Source: Gemmatimonadales bacterium
GTDB lineage: Bacteria; Gemmatimonadota; Gemmatimonadetes; Gemmatimonadales; GWC2-71-9
Assembly: GCA_025935995.1 (NCBI GenBank)
Contig: JAICUF010000001.1
Coordinates: 22,484-86,483, forward strand
DNA: 64,000 nt
Direction: 5' to 3'
The position numbers and the translations under genes are program-made. Under the pieces are notes generated by a model, which did no database searches, had not been told where the DNA came from, and saw only the letters and a program-made list of their open reading frames with translations. Positions 53,516-62,163 of this stretch are shown here, one piece after another (position 1 is the first letter of the stretch; every line of letters begins with the position of its first letter).

Positions 53516-54969
53516 GGGACCGCGCCGCCCCGCGCCAGCAGCCGCGCCCGCTCGGCCGGCTCCAGCACGCCGAAGAGCAGCCAGGCCGCGAACGCCGCCG
53601 CGAGCCCGAGCTGGGCCGCCGCGACGGCACCGAGCGACCAGCCGGGCACGGCGCGTCCCGCGAGCACGGCGACGGCGGCGGCAACCAGCATCACCAGCAC
53701 TCCACGGATGAAGGGATACGGAATCGGATGGACCCGCTGCGAGAGGAGCGCCATGCAGGCGACCGCGGCGGCCTGCCCCAGGCAGTTGGCCCAGGCGATC
53801 GCGATCGGCGGCGCGCCGCGGGCGAGGAAGACCAGGTTGAGCACGACCGTCGTGCCCACGCCGACGCCGTAGGCCACCAGATTGTGCAGCGACTTCCCCT
53901 CGAACAGTGAGCCCATCGCCACCACGAAGAACACCGCGCCGAGGCCGGTCGAGAGCGCCAGCGGGCCCACGAATATAGCCGCGCCGGCATAGGCGGGCGT
54001 AGCCGCATAGCGCGCGATGACCGGCGCGGCGCACACAAGCCCCAGAGTGAGAAACCCCGCCACGCCGCAGATCAGCAGGAAGACCCGGCCGAACATCTGC
54101 GGCTTGTCCTCGGCCGCGCGTTGGGAGAAGGCGAACGGCTGCCACGCGGCCTGGAACCCGGTGAGGATCAGGCCGGCGAGCGCCGCGATCTTCTGGCCCA
54201 TGCCGTAGACGCCCGCATCGGCGAGGCTGTGCGCCTGAACAAGGAAGAGCCGGTCGAGCGAGGGAATGAGGTTGCTCGCCACCGCGATGGCGGCGAACGG
54301 GAGGCCCACCGCGAGCATCTGCCGGGCGACGCCCCCGCTCCAGCGCGCGCGGAGAAGGTCCCGCGCCGCGACCATCGCGGCCAGCGCCCCGATGGCCTGG
54401 CCGGCAAGGTTCGCGGCGAAGAGCCCGATGAGCCCCCAATCCGTGTGGAAGGCCACGAACCACGAGAGCCCGATGGTGAGCGCCGCCGAGCCGAGCGCGA
54501 TGCAGACATAGGCGGCGCGGCGGAACGCCCACTGCAGGACGCTCAGCGCATAGATGAGCACGGCGGAGAAGGGCGCGCTCGCCACCGCCCACGCGATCTC
54601 GCGCGCGTACTGCGGGGTGCCGAGCAGGATGCGGCTGGTGAGCGACGGAGCCGCCAGCACCACCGCCGTGACGACGAGGGCCGCCCCGGCGACCATGCGG
54701 AGCCCGATGCCCGCGGTCTCGCCGAGCCGTGCCTCGTCGGCACGGGTCGCGTCCCGTGTGGCGATGATGATGACGGAGGAGTTGAGCCCGAGCACCGCCA
54801 GCACGGCGAGGACGTACACGTACACGCCCGCGGCGTCGTAGGCGCCGAAGACCTCGACGGGAAAGGCTCGCGCGACGACCGGGACGAGCAGGATCTTGAC
54901 GATGCGGTTGACCGCCCCGGCGACGCCGTAGACCAGCGAGTCCTTGAGGAGGAAGGAGAGCCGTCGCAC
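53512..54969 (-). CDS. wzx: Oligosaccharide flippase (Wzx / MOP-superfamily polysaccharide biosynthesis protein)
   Basis: 485 aa. Roughly 12-14 hydrophobic helices. The N-terminus LLKDSLVYGVAGAVNRIVKILLVPVVARAF is typical of Wzx/RfbX-type flippases. Confidence 0.78.
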   Translation of the reverse strand: MRRLSFLLKDSLVYGVAGAVNRIVKILLVPVVARAFPVEVFGAYDAAGVYVYVLAVLAVLGLNSSVIIIATRDATRADEARLGETAGIGLRMVAGAALVVTAVVLAAPSLTSRILLGTPQYAREIAWAVASAPFSAVLIYALSVLQWAFRRAAYVCIALGSAALTIGLSWFVAFHTDWGLIGLFAANLAGQAIGALAAMVAARDLLRARWSGGVARQMLAVGLPFAAIAVASNLIPSLDRLFLVQAHSLADAGVYGMGQKIAALAGLILTGFQAAWQPFAFSQRAAEDKPQMFGRVFLLICGVAGFLTLGLVCAAPVIARYAATPAYAGAAIFVGPLALSTGLGAVFFVVAMGSLFEGKSLHNLVAYGVGVGTTVVLNLVFLARGAPPIAIAWANCLGQAAAVACMALLSQRVHPIPYPFIRGVLVMLVAAAVAVLAGRAVPGWSLGAVAAAQLGLAAAFAAWLLFGVLEPAERARLLARGGAVP

Positions 54970-55002
54970 GGCGACAAGTCTAAGCGCGGCCCGGGCCGGT
55001 CG

Positions 55003-56589
55003 CTACGCGCCGTTCAGGTCGTACACCGTGAAGCGGGCGTTCTCGAAGAGGACCGGCAGATCGTCGAGCGCGTAGGGCGGCGCGCCGGGCGGGGCGGATG
55101 GCAGGAGGGGCGTTTCCACCAGGACGAACCGCGCACCGTGCTCGCGCCGCCAGGCCTCGCGGTCCGGCACCGGCCACGGGTACGCCGTGAAGATGCGATC
55201 GTAGTCGCGGTACCACACGCTTCCATCGTTGCTCACGAGGAAGCGCAGCTCGAGCTCCGGCGCGAGGACGTAGGCGCTGTACCAGGGCACCGGGACGACG
55301 ACGCTTGCCGCCGGAACGGTCGCGAGGAACCTCCGCAGCTCCTGCATCTCCGGCCCGACCCCGCGCCGGCTGTTCCACCGCTGCCGCGCGATCGAGTAGG
55401 CGAGCGCGGGAAGCTGGAGCAGCGCGTAGACGACGACGATCGTCGTGCGATCGATCCCCGGCGCCAGGAGCCCGATGCCGGCGAGGACGCTGACCGCGGC
55501 CACCGCGTACTCCGGGTACCGCTCCGCCTCGCCGAGAAACCGGACGGAGCGGAGCGAGGTCACCACGAACGGAGCCAGCGGAGCCGCGGCCCACGCCACG
55601 AGCCAGCGGTGCCAGCCGTGGGCCCCGCTGTGCCAGGCGGGGTACGCGCCGGCCGTGATCGCCACCATCACGCCGATCCAGAGGACGTTCCGGAGGACGA
55701 ACTGCAGGATGGTATTGTGCTCCGCGGCCCGCGCGAAGTCGGCCAGCGCCGAGCGGTCGGCCGGGTGACGGAGCACCGCCGCCAACGTCCGCCCGAGGAG
55801 CGGCCAGTCGTTGCGGTCCCGAAGCGCCGAATGCTCGTGCTGGATGCGGCGCCGGAAAATGAGGAGGTGGCGGATGTGCGCGGCGAGCACGTGCCGGTAG
55901 CGGCCGCCCGACAGCACGAAGGCGGCGGCGAACGCGAGCGGCGGCAGCGCAAGCGGCAGCCAGCGTCCCGCGCCGAATGCAATGAGCGGGGCCGTGAAGA
56001 CCAGGGCCTGCGCCGCGAACTTGCTCGAGAGCAGCAGAAATCCGCCCGCGAGCGCCGCGACCGCGAGGGCCGGCCAGCCGCCACCCGAGAGCGCGGCGAC
56101 GGCGGCTGCGACGAGCGCCATCGAATAGAGGAGCTCGCCCAGCGGACGCGGCGTGATCTCGTAGGCGCGGGGCCCGATCCCCACCACGAGCAGCGCGGGC
56201 GAGGTCGCGAAGAGGAGGCCGGCGGCCAGCGCGGCGCCGCCGCGGCTCGCGCCCGCAAGGGCCAGGGGTGCCACCATGCCCGCCAGCACCGCCACCAGCG
56301 CCGTGTGCGCGCCGTCGATCAGCGCTGTCGGCAGCGGCGGCACCGCGCGAAGCACGCGCTCCGGCAGGAGCGCGAGCAGCCAGTGGTAGCCCCAGGGATA
56401 GGTCTGCCGCTCGTCGAGGTGCATGGCCTCGACGCGCGGCGGCATCCGCATCCGGTTGCGGCGGATCTCCCGGCGCAGGAGCAGATGGTACCCGCTGTCC
56501 ATCGAGTGACGGCGCCACCGGAGGCCCGGCACGAGGCGCACGACCGCGCCCGTCACGACCGTCGCCACGACCGACGTCCACAGCTCCAC
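55003..56589 (-). CDS. Polytopic inner-membrane protein of unknown family with a soluble C-terminal domain (GT-C-like?)
   Basis: About 528 aa from GTG 56587-56589, preceded by SD GGGAGGA. At least 10 hydrophobic helices, a first-loop 'LDERQTYPWGYHW' motif, and a non-membrane C-terminal domain of about 130 aa (VVVPVPWYSAYVL...FTVYDLNGA). I recognise no family signature. Confidence 0.55.
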   Translation of the reverse strand: MELWTSVVATVVTGAVVRLVPGLRWRRHSMDSGYHLLLRREIRRNRMRMPPRVEAMHLDERQTYPWGYHWLLALLPERVLRAVPPLPTALIDGAHTALVAVLAGMVAPLALAGASRGGAALAAGLLFATSPALLVVGIGPRAYEITPRPLGELLYSMALVAAAVAALSGGGWPALAVAALAGGFLLLSSKFAAQALVFTAPLIAFGAGRWLPLALPPLAFAAAFVLSGGRYRHVLAAHIRHLLIFRRRIQHEHSALRDRNDWPLLGRTLAAVLRHPADRSALADFARAAEHNTILQFVLRNVLWIGVMVAITAGAYPAWHSGAHGWHRWLVAWAAAPLAPFVVTSLRSVRFLGEAERYPEYAVAAVSVLAGIGLLAPGIDRTTIVVVYALLQLPALAYSIARQRWNSRRGVGPEMQELRRFLATVPAASVVVPVPWYSAYVLAPELELRFLVSNDGSVWYRDYDRIFTAYPWPVPDREAWRREHGARFVLVETPLLPSAPPGAPPYALDDLPVLFENARFTVYDLNGA

Positions 56590-56614
56590 GCATTCCTCCC
56601 TTGACGGCACATCG

Positions 56615-57685
56615 GTGGCGCGCGACGTTTCGCGCTCCATGAACCCAGCCGCGGGACCCATCGCCGAGCCGGCCGAGCCGCCGCGACAGACCTCCCTGCT
56701 CCGCGTCGCCGCGGCAGTCGCCGCGCGCTGGCGCCTCATCGCGCTGTGCGGCCTCCTCGGCGGCGCCGTCGCCGCCACGTGGGCGCTGCTCGCACACCCG
56801 CGCTACCGCGCCACCGCGAAGTTCGCCCTCGAAGAGCGCACCCTGAACCCTGGCGCCGCCGGCGGCCTCGCCGCACTGGCCGGACAGCTCGGCGCGGGAA
56901 CGCTGGGCGGCACGCGGTCGCTCCAGTTCTATGCCGACGTGCTGGTCGGCCGCGACGTGCTCACCCGCGTGGCCCTGGACTCGTTCGCCGACCCCGCGGA
57001 CCGCGCACGGCGGCTGCCGCTCATCGACATCCTGCACATCGGCGGCGCCGACAGCGCGCACCGCATCAGCAACGCGGTCGACTTCCTGTCGGCCAAGGCG
57101 GTCGGCACGACGACCAACGACCGTACCGGCACCATCACCCTCAACGTCACCCTGCCCGACGCGCAGCTGGCGGCCGACGTCGCGCAGCGGCTCTACGCCC
57201 ACCTCGAGCAGTTCAACTTCGAGACCCGCCGCTCTGCCGCCTCCGAGCGGCGCCGCTTCGCCGAGCGCGCCGTCGCCGGCTCCCGCGCCGAGCTGACGCA
57301 GGCCGAGGGGGCGCTGCGCGCCTTCCTCGAAGCGAACCGGGCCGGGGTGAACGATATCCCCCGTCTCGCCTTCCAGCGCGAGCGCCTGAACCGCCGGATC
57401 GAGCTCCTCACCGACGAGTACGGCCGCCTGTCGCGCGAGCTGCAGGATGCGCAGATCGACGAAGTGCGCGATACTCCCGTCTTCACGCTGGTGCAGGCGC
57501 CCGTCGCGCCGGTCTACCGCGACTTTCCGCGGCGCACCCGGATGACGATCACGGGGGCCGTCCTCGCGGCCGCCCTCGCCGTCGCCTGGGCGGCGTTCAG
57601 GGCAACGGGCTGGTCGGTGCGGGAGCTGGATCCCGCGGGGTACCAGCAGTTCCGCTCGTCCCTCCGGCGCCGACCCTCCCGCTAG
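56615..57685 (+). CDS. Polysaccharide co-polymerase / chain-length determinant (Wzz-like, PCP family)
   Basis: 356 aa. N-terminal TM helix RWRLIALCGLLGGAVAATWALLA followed by YRATAKFALEE. A long coiled periplasmic region follows. The C-terminal TM helix is MTITGAVLAAALAVAWAAF. The start is GTG 56615 or ATG 56639. Confidence 0.65.
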   Translation: MARDVSRSMNPAAGPIAEPAEPPRQTSLLRVAAAVAARWRLIALCGLLGGAVAATWALLAHPRYRATAKFALEERTLNPGAAGGLAALAGQLGAGTLGGTRSLQFYADVLVGRDVLTRVALDSFADPADRARRLPLIDILHIGGADSAHRISNAVDFLSAKAVGTTTNDRTGTITLNVTLPDAQLAADVAQRLYAHLEQFNFETRRSAASERRRFAERAVAGSRAELTQAEGALRAFLEANRAGVNDIPRLAFQRERLNRRIELLTDEYGRLSRELQDAQIDEVRDTPVFTLVQAPVAPVYRDFPRRTRMTITGAVLAAALAVAWAAFRATGWSVRELDPAGYQQFRSSLRRRPSR

Positions 57686-59267
57686 CCCCGCTCCCGCCGG
57701 CCAGCGTCACCAGCGCGAGCGTCACGACCGCCGCGGTGACGTCGGGCTGCTCGAAGTAGCTGTCGAAGATTCCCAGCACCACCAGGAACGGCACGGCGAA
57801 CCCGAGCGTGGCCCCGGCGGCGCGCACGCGGAGCTCCGCTTCGGTGTCGCGCCACCGGCGGAAGCCCGCGCGCGCGAGCAGCCCCAGGAAGATCGCGACG
57901 ACCGCCGAGCCGGCGATGCCGTACTCCCCCACGATGCCGATGACGCTGCTGAACGGATTCGTGAGCGCGCCGCTCCGGAACTGCGCGGTGGCCACGATGT
58001 CGGCCGTGTACAGGTCGTACGCGACCGAGCGATAGGCGGGTGACGTCCACGACGGGATGAAGTCGGGCAGCCGCTGGGCTTCCTTGAAGAGCACGTCGGT
58101 GGCGCGGATCGTCGCCGCGCGCGTGGCGTAGCTGCCGGGGCCGTAGCCGATCCAGGTGTCGAGATCGCCGCGGCCCAGGAGCTGGCCGGTCCGGAGCACG
58201 AGCTGCACCTTCGGGTTGATCTTGGCCAGCACGATGTAGGGACGCCACAGCCCGTCGATGACGATGCGGGCCGCGCGCACGGCCAGCACCGGGCCCACCG
58301 TCACGGCGACGATGAGCGCGCCCCACCCCAGGAAGCGGCGCCACCGTCGCGCGAGGGCCGGCCATACCACGGCGGCACCGAAGATGAGCCCCGGCGGAAC
58401 GGCCGACAGGATCACGTGCTTCGAGTCGGTCATGAGGAAGACGAAGACGACGACCGCCAGGAGGCCCGCGTGCGTCCGTTTCCGCGCGCCGACGTTGAGC
58501 GCCACCAGGAAGACGGCGAACAGCATGAGCGCGATCCCCAGGTGGTGCGCGCTCGGCGTGCTGCCCGACGTGAGATCGGACGCTTCGCCGGCCGCGAGGA
58601 AATTCCGGATCAGCGCGACGCGCGTCACCTGCAGCGGGATCAGCGGCACGCTGTACGCTTCGGGCATGCCGGCCGTGATCGGCTTGATGAGCGCGGGGGC
58701 CAGCTGGGACGCGGCGAGTGCCGCTGCCGTCACGACGATGGCGCCGATCTCGCCCGCGCTCCACGCCGCGGCGCGCGCGACGAAGAGGAGGAGCCACGGC
58801 GCGAGGAAGGTGAGCGTGAAGACCGGGAGCGACCAGAGGTCGGTCTGGTCCCCGAGGTTCGCGAGCCAGCTCGTGAGCGTCCAGAGGAGGACGGCGAGCA
58901 GTGCCCAGTCGAGCGCGTCGAGCGGCCGCACGATGCGCGCTCCGCCGTACACCAGGACGAAGTAGCCCAGCGAGAGGAGATAGGCCACGAACCCGATCTC
59001 GGCCGAGGGCAGATACGCGGTGACGAGGGGAAGCAGGACGAGGAGCCGCGTACGCCCCGAGAGGACGATGCACGCCGCGGCGGCCAGCAGCACCGGCAGT
59101 GCCACGCCGAGGGGCATCGTGGCGAGCTGCACGTTGGGATACGCGACGACACCGATGAGGAGCGCCGGCACCGTCAGGATGAGCGCCAGACGGCGCCATC
59201 CGGGGCCGATCGGATCGGCCCCGCGGTCGCGCGGCGCCGCCGCTCCGTCGATCGGGACCGCCGTCAC
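57597..59267 (-). CDS. O-antigen polymerase/ligase-like (Wzy-type) polytopic membrane protein
   Basis: About 556 aa with at least 10 helices and a large loop containing GYGPGSYATRA. The position between the GT and Wzz fits a Wzy role. Start set at GTG 59265-59267, a GTGA overlap with the GT4 stop. The ORF-track start is 59276. Confidence 0.55.
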   Translation of the reverse strand: MTAVPIDGAAAPRDRGADPIGPGWRRLALILTVPALLIGVVAYPNVQLATMPLGVALPVLLAAAACIVLSGRTRLLVLLPLVTAYLPSAEIGFVAYLLSLGYFVLVYGGARIVRPLDALDWALLAVLLWTLTSWLANLGDQTDLWSLPVFTLTFLAPWLLLFVARAAAWSAGEIGAIVVTAAALAASQLAPALIKPITAGMPEAYSVPLIPLQVTRVALIRNFLAAGEASDLTSGSTPSAHHLGIALMLFAVFLVALNVGARKRTHAGLLAVVVFVFLMTDSKHVILSAVPPGLIFGAAVVWPALARRWRRFLGWGALIVAVTVGPVLAVRAARIVIDGLWRPYIVLAKINPKVQLVLRTGQLLGRGDLDTWIGYGPGSYATRAATIRATDVLFKEAQRLPDFIPSWTSPAYRSVAYDLYTADIVATAQFRSGALTNPFSSVIGIVGEYGIAGSAVVAIFLGLLARAGFRRWRDTEAELRVRAAGATLGFAVPFLVVLGIFDSYFEQPDVTAAVVTLALVTLAGGSGASGRVGAGGTSGTAGTPRDPAPAPTSPLP

Positions 59268-60256
59268 GTGAGGCACGCGCGGTAGATGTCGAGCAGCCGG
59301 CGCACCATCGCCTCCGAGGTATACCGATCGGGGAGGAGTGACGGACGGAGATCGGGCGCGGGCGGCAGGGCGGCCACGGCGTCGGCCAGGCGGGGCGGAT
59401 CACGCGGCACGATGGCGCCCATGGCCGCGCGATCGATCACTTCCGGCACATCCCCGACCCGGACACTCACCACCGGCACGCCGCACGCGAGCGCCTCCTT
59501 GGCCACGTTGGGCGCGCCTTCGCTGTCCGAGGTGACGAGCAGGCAGTCGGCGGCACGGTAGTGCCAGGGCATGTCGTCGGCAGGCACCGACCGCGCCACC
59601 AGCAGGTGCGGCGCGCGACCCCGGCGCACGAGCTCGTCGCGGACCGCCTCGGCGAGGTCGAGCCGCTTGCTCGCCTGCCCCGCGCTGTTGACGAAGGCGA
59701 CGACCAGGCCTTCGGCCGGCAGGCCCAGCCGCGCCCGCGCCTCCGCTCGCGAGCCCGGGGCGAAGAGCCGGGTGTCCACACCGTTGGGAAGCACATCGCA
59801 CTTCGCGCGCGCGGCCGGGGAGAGCCGCCGCCGCATCGCTTCGCTCTTGACGATCACCCGGCGCGCGAGGGCGGCGAAGAGCTGGGTGACGCCGATGCCG
59901 AGGGTGCTCTTGAGGGTCCGTCCTCCCCGGCCGTCGGCCTGGCCGTTGATGTCGTCGCCGCACAGGGTGACGAGATACGGCGCGCCCGCGAAGGCCGCCG
60001 CCAGCGGCGTGTATCCATAGTGGCAGTGCACGAGCGCCGGCCGGAACTCCCGCACGGCGCGCATCACGCGCCGGCGGCCCACGAAGTAGTCCCCCTCCCC
60101 GCGGTCCGCCGCGATCACCTCGAGCGCCATGTCCACGCCCGCGGCGCGCATCGCCTCCACCTGGCGACGCACGAAGATCCCGAAATACGGCCGCGTCGGA
60201 GACGGATACATGTTGGTGACTGCGAGCACACGGAGCGGCGCCTCCGCTCCGCTCAT
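59264..60256 (-). CDS. Glycosyltransferase family 4 (GT-B fold)
   Basis: ORF trimmed to ATG 60254-60256. Sequence LRVLAVTNMYPSPTRPYFGIFVRRQVEAM...LPNGVDTRLF...LLVTSDSEGAPNVAKEALACGVPVVS..VGD, which carries the EX7E-like motif. Confidence 0.85.
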   Translation of the reverse strand: MSGAEAPLRVLAVTNMYPSPTRPYFGIFVRRQVEAMRAAGVDMALEVIAADRGEGDYFVGRRRVMRAVREFRPALVHCHYGYTPLAAAFAGAPYLVTLCGDDINGQADGRGGRTLKSTLGIGVTQLFAALARRVIVKSEAMRRRLSPAARAKCDVLPNGVDTRLFAPGSRAEARARLGLPAEGLVVAFVNSAGQASKRLDLAEAVRDELVRRGRAPHLLVARSVPADDMPWHYRAADCLLVTSDSEGAPNVAKEALACGVPVVSVRVGDVPEVIDRAAMGAIVPRDPPRLADAVAALPPAPDLRPSLLPDRYTSEAMVRRLLDIYRACLT

Positions 60257-62163
60257 GCCGCGACCGCCGCCCCCGCGCGGGCAACCGGCAGCGGCTCGGC
60301 GGCCGGCCAGCGGCGTTCGAGCACCACCGCCGCCCAGACGCCGAGGCAGAGGAGCGACCAGAGTCGGGTGCCGTGATCCGCGCCGGCCGTGTGCTCGGCG
60401 TACACCCGGCGGGCAGCCGCGGGATCGATCATCGCCGCCATCGCCGTATCCCGCCGGAAGACGAACTCCTCGAGCGCACCTGCCAGCGGTCCCCGCATCC
60501 AGCCGCTCACCGGCACGCCGAAGCCGGTCTTCTGGCGGTGCAGCACTTCCCGGGGAAGGAGTCGCGCCACCAGCGGGCGCAGCAGCGCCTTGAGCTGCCC
60601 GCCGGGAAACGCCGTCGCCTCGGGAAGGCTCAACGCAAACTCGACGACGTCCACGTCGAGGAACGGCGACCGCGCCTCCAGGGATGCGGCCATCGTCGCG
60701 GTGTCCACCTTCGGGAGGTAGTCGTTCGGGAGGTAGGTCTCGAAGAAGGTGCGACGGAGCGCATCGGCATCGGGCAGCGCGCGGAAGCGATCCAGTCGCT
60801 CGGCGTAGATGTGCTCGGCCCGATGCCCCGCAACGGGGCCTCGCAGGAGCTCCGCGCGGGCGCGCGGGCCGAAGCCCATCCGGTTCCGGTAGCTGTCCCT
60901 GATCGGCTCCGCCCCGTACTCGAAGAGCGCGCCGGCTCGGCGAAGCCAGCCCTCGCGCGTCGCTCCGCTGGTGGCGTTGCGGAGCAGACGGCGCACGGGA
61001 GCCGGCGTCCATCGCCGGTAGCGCTGGCCCAGCCGCACCCCCCGGAAGGTCGCATATCCGAAGAAGGCCTCGTCCCCGCCGTCGCCCGTGAGCGCGACCG
61101 TGATCTCGCGCCGCGCGGCGCGGGCCACGTCGTACGACGGCAGGATCGAAGAGTCGCCGAACGGCTCGCCCAGCTCCGCGAGGAGCATGGGGAGCGGCGC
61201 GGCGGAGAGCGCCGGGACTTCCACGAGCCGATGCTCCAGACCGTAGCGTGCCGCGACAAGCGCGGCTACCGATCGCTCATCGTAGCCCGAGCCCGCGGTC
61301 CCGGCCGTCACCGCAACGAGTCGGCCCTCGTGCTCCTCCGCCGCGAGGGCCGCCACCAGGCTCGAGTCGAACCCCGCGCTCAGGAAGAGGCCGAGCGGCA
61401 CGTCGCTTTCGAGCCGGCGGCGCACCGCCTGCCGGAGCAGGCGCTCCAGCTCGATCGCGGCGTCGCCCGCCGGCATTGCCGGATCGGCCGGCGCAGCGGG
61501 CACCTGCCAGAACCTCCCGGTGCGCACGGCGCCGGCCCGCCACTCGAGGAATCCGCCGGGCGGCAGCTTCTCCACGCCCTCGAGCATCGCGTGCTCGAAC
61601 GGCACGACGGTGTGACCGAGATAGCAGTCGAGCGCGCTCCGGCTCACCGGGGGCGCGTGCTCGAGCATGGGAAGCAGCGCGCCCACGGTCGACGCGAAGG
61701 CGATGCGGTCGGGCGAAAGCGCATAGGCGAGCGGCTTCTTGCCCAGCGGATCCCGGGCGAGCACCAGCCGGCGCTCGTCGGGATGCCAGAATGCCGCGGC
61801 GAACATGCCGCGAAGCCGCGCGAAGACGTCGGGGCCCCATGCCTCGTACCCCGCGAGGAGCACTTCGGTGTCGGAGCGGGTGACGAAGTGCCGGCCCGCC
61901 GCCTCGAGGTCCGCCCTCAGCTCCCGGAAATTGTAGATCTCGCCGTTGTACACGACGACGACGCGCGTGCGCTCGCTGGTCATCGGCTGGTCCGCGCGCT
62001 CGGAGAGATCGAGCACGCGGAGCCGGCAGTGGACGAGCGCGCACGGCCCCTCGCGCCACTCGTGGCGCGCGTCCGGCCCGCGATGGCTCAGCGCCGCCGC
62101 GACGTCAGCGAGCGACGCCGGCGCCCCGCGACGAAGATCGACCACACCCCCGAAGCCGCACAT
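60253..62163 (-). CDS. asnB: Asparagine synthase family amidotransferase, paralog 2
   Basis: ORF trimmed to ATG 62161-62163. Sequence MCGFGGVVDL...HCRLRVLDLSERADQPM...VYNGEIYNFRELR...DTEVLL...LRGMFAAAFW...LSAGFDSSLV. Confidence 0.9.
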   Translation of the reverse strand: MCGFGGVVDLRRGAPASLADVAAALSHRGPDARHEWREGPCALVHCRLRVLDLSERADQPMTSERTRVVVVYNGEIYNFRELRADLEAAGRHFVTRSDTEVLLAGYEAWGPDVFARLRGMFAAAFWHPDERRLVLARDPLGKKPLAYALSPDRIAFASTVGALLPMLEHAPPVSRSALDCYLGHTVVPFEHAMLEGVEKLPPGGFLEWRAGAVRTGRFWQVPAAPADPAMPAGDAAIELERLLRQAVRRRLESDVPLGLFLSAGFDSSLVAALAAEEHEGRLVAVTAGTAGSGYDERSVAALVAARYGLEHRLVEVPALSAAPLPMLLAELGEPFGDSSILPSYDVARAARREITVALTGDGGDEAFFGYATFRGVRLGQRYRRWTPAPVRRLLRNATSGATREGWLRRAGALFEYGAEPIRDSYRNRMGFGPRARAELLRGPVAGHRAEHIYAERLDRFRALPDADALRRTFFETYLPNDYLPKVDTATMAASLEARSPFLDVDVVEFALSLPEATAFPGGQLKALLRPLVARLLPREVLHRQKTGFGVPVSGWMRGPLAGALEEFVFRRDTAMAAMIDPAAARRVYAEHTAGADHGTRLWSLLCLGVWAAVVLERRWPAAEPLPVARAGAAVAA

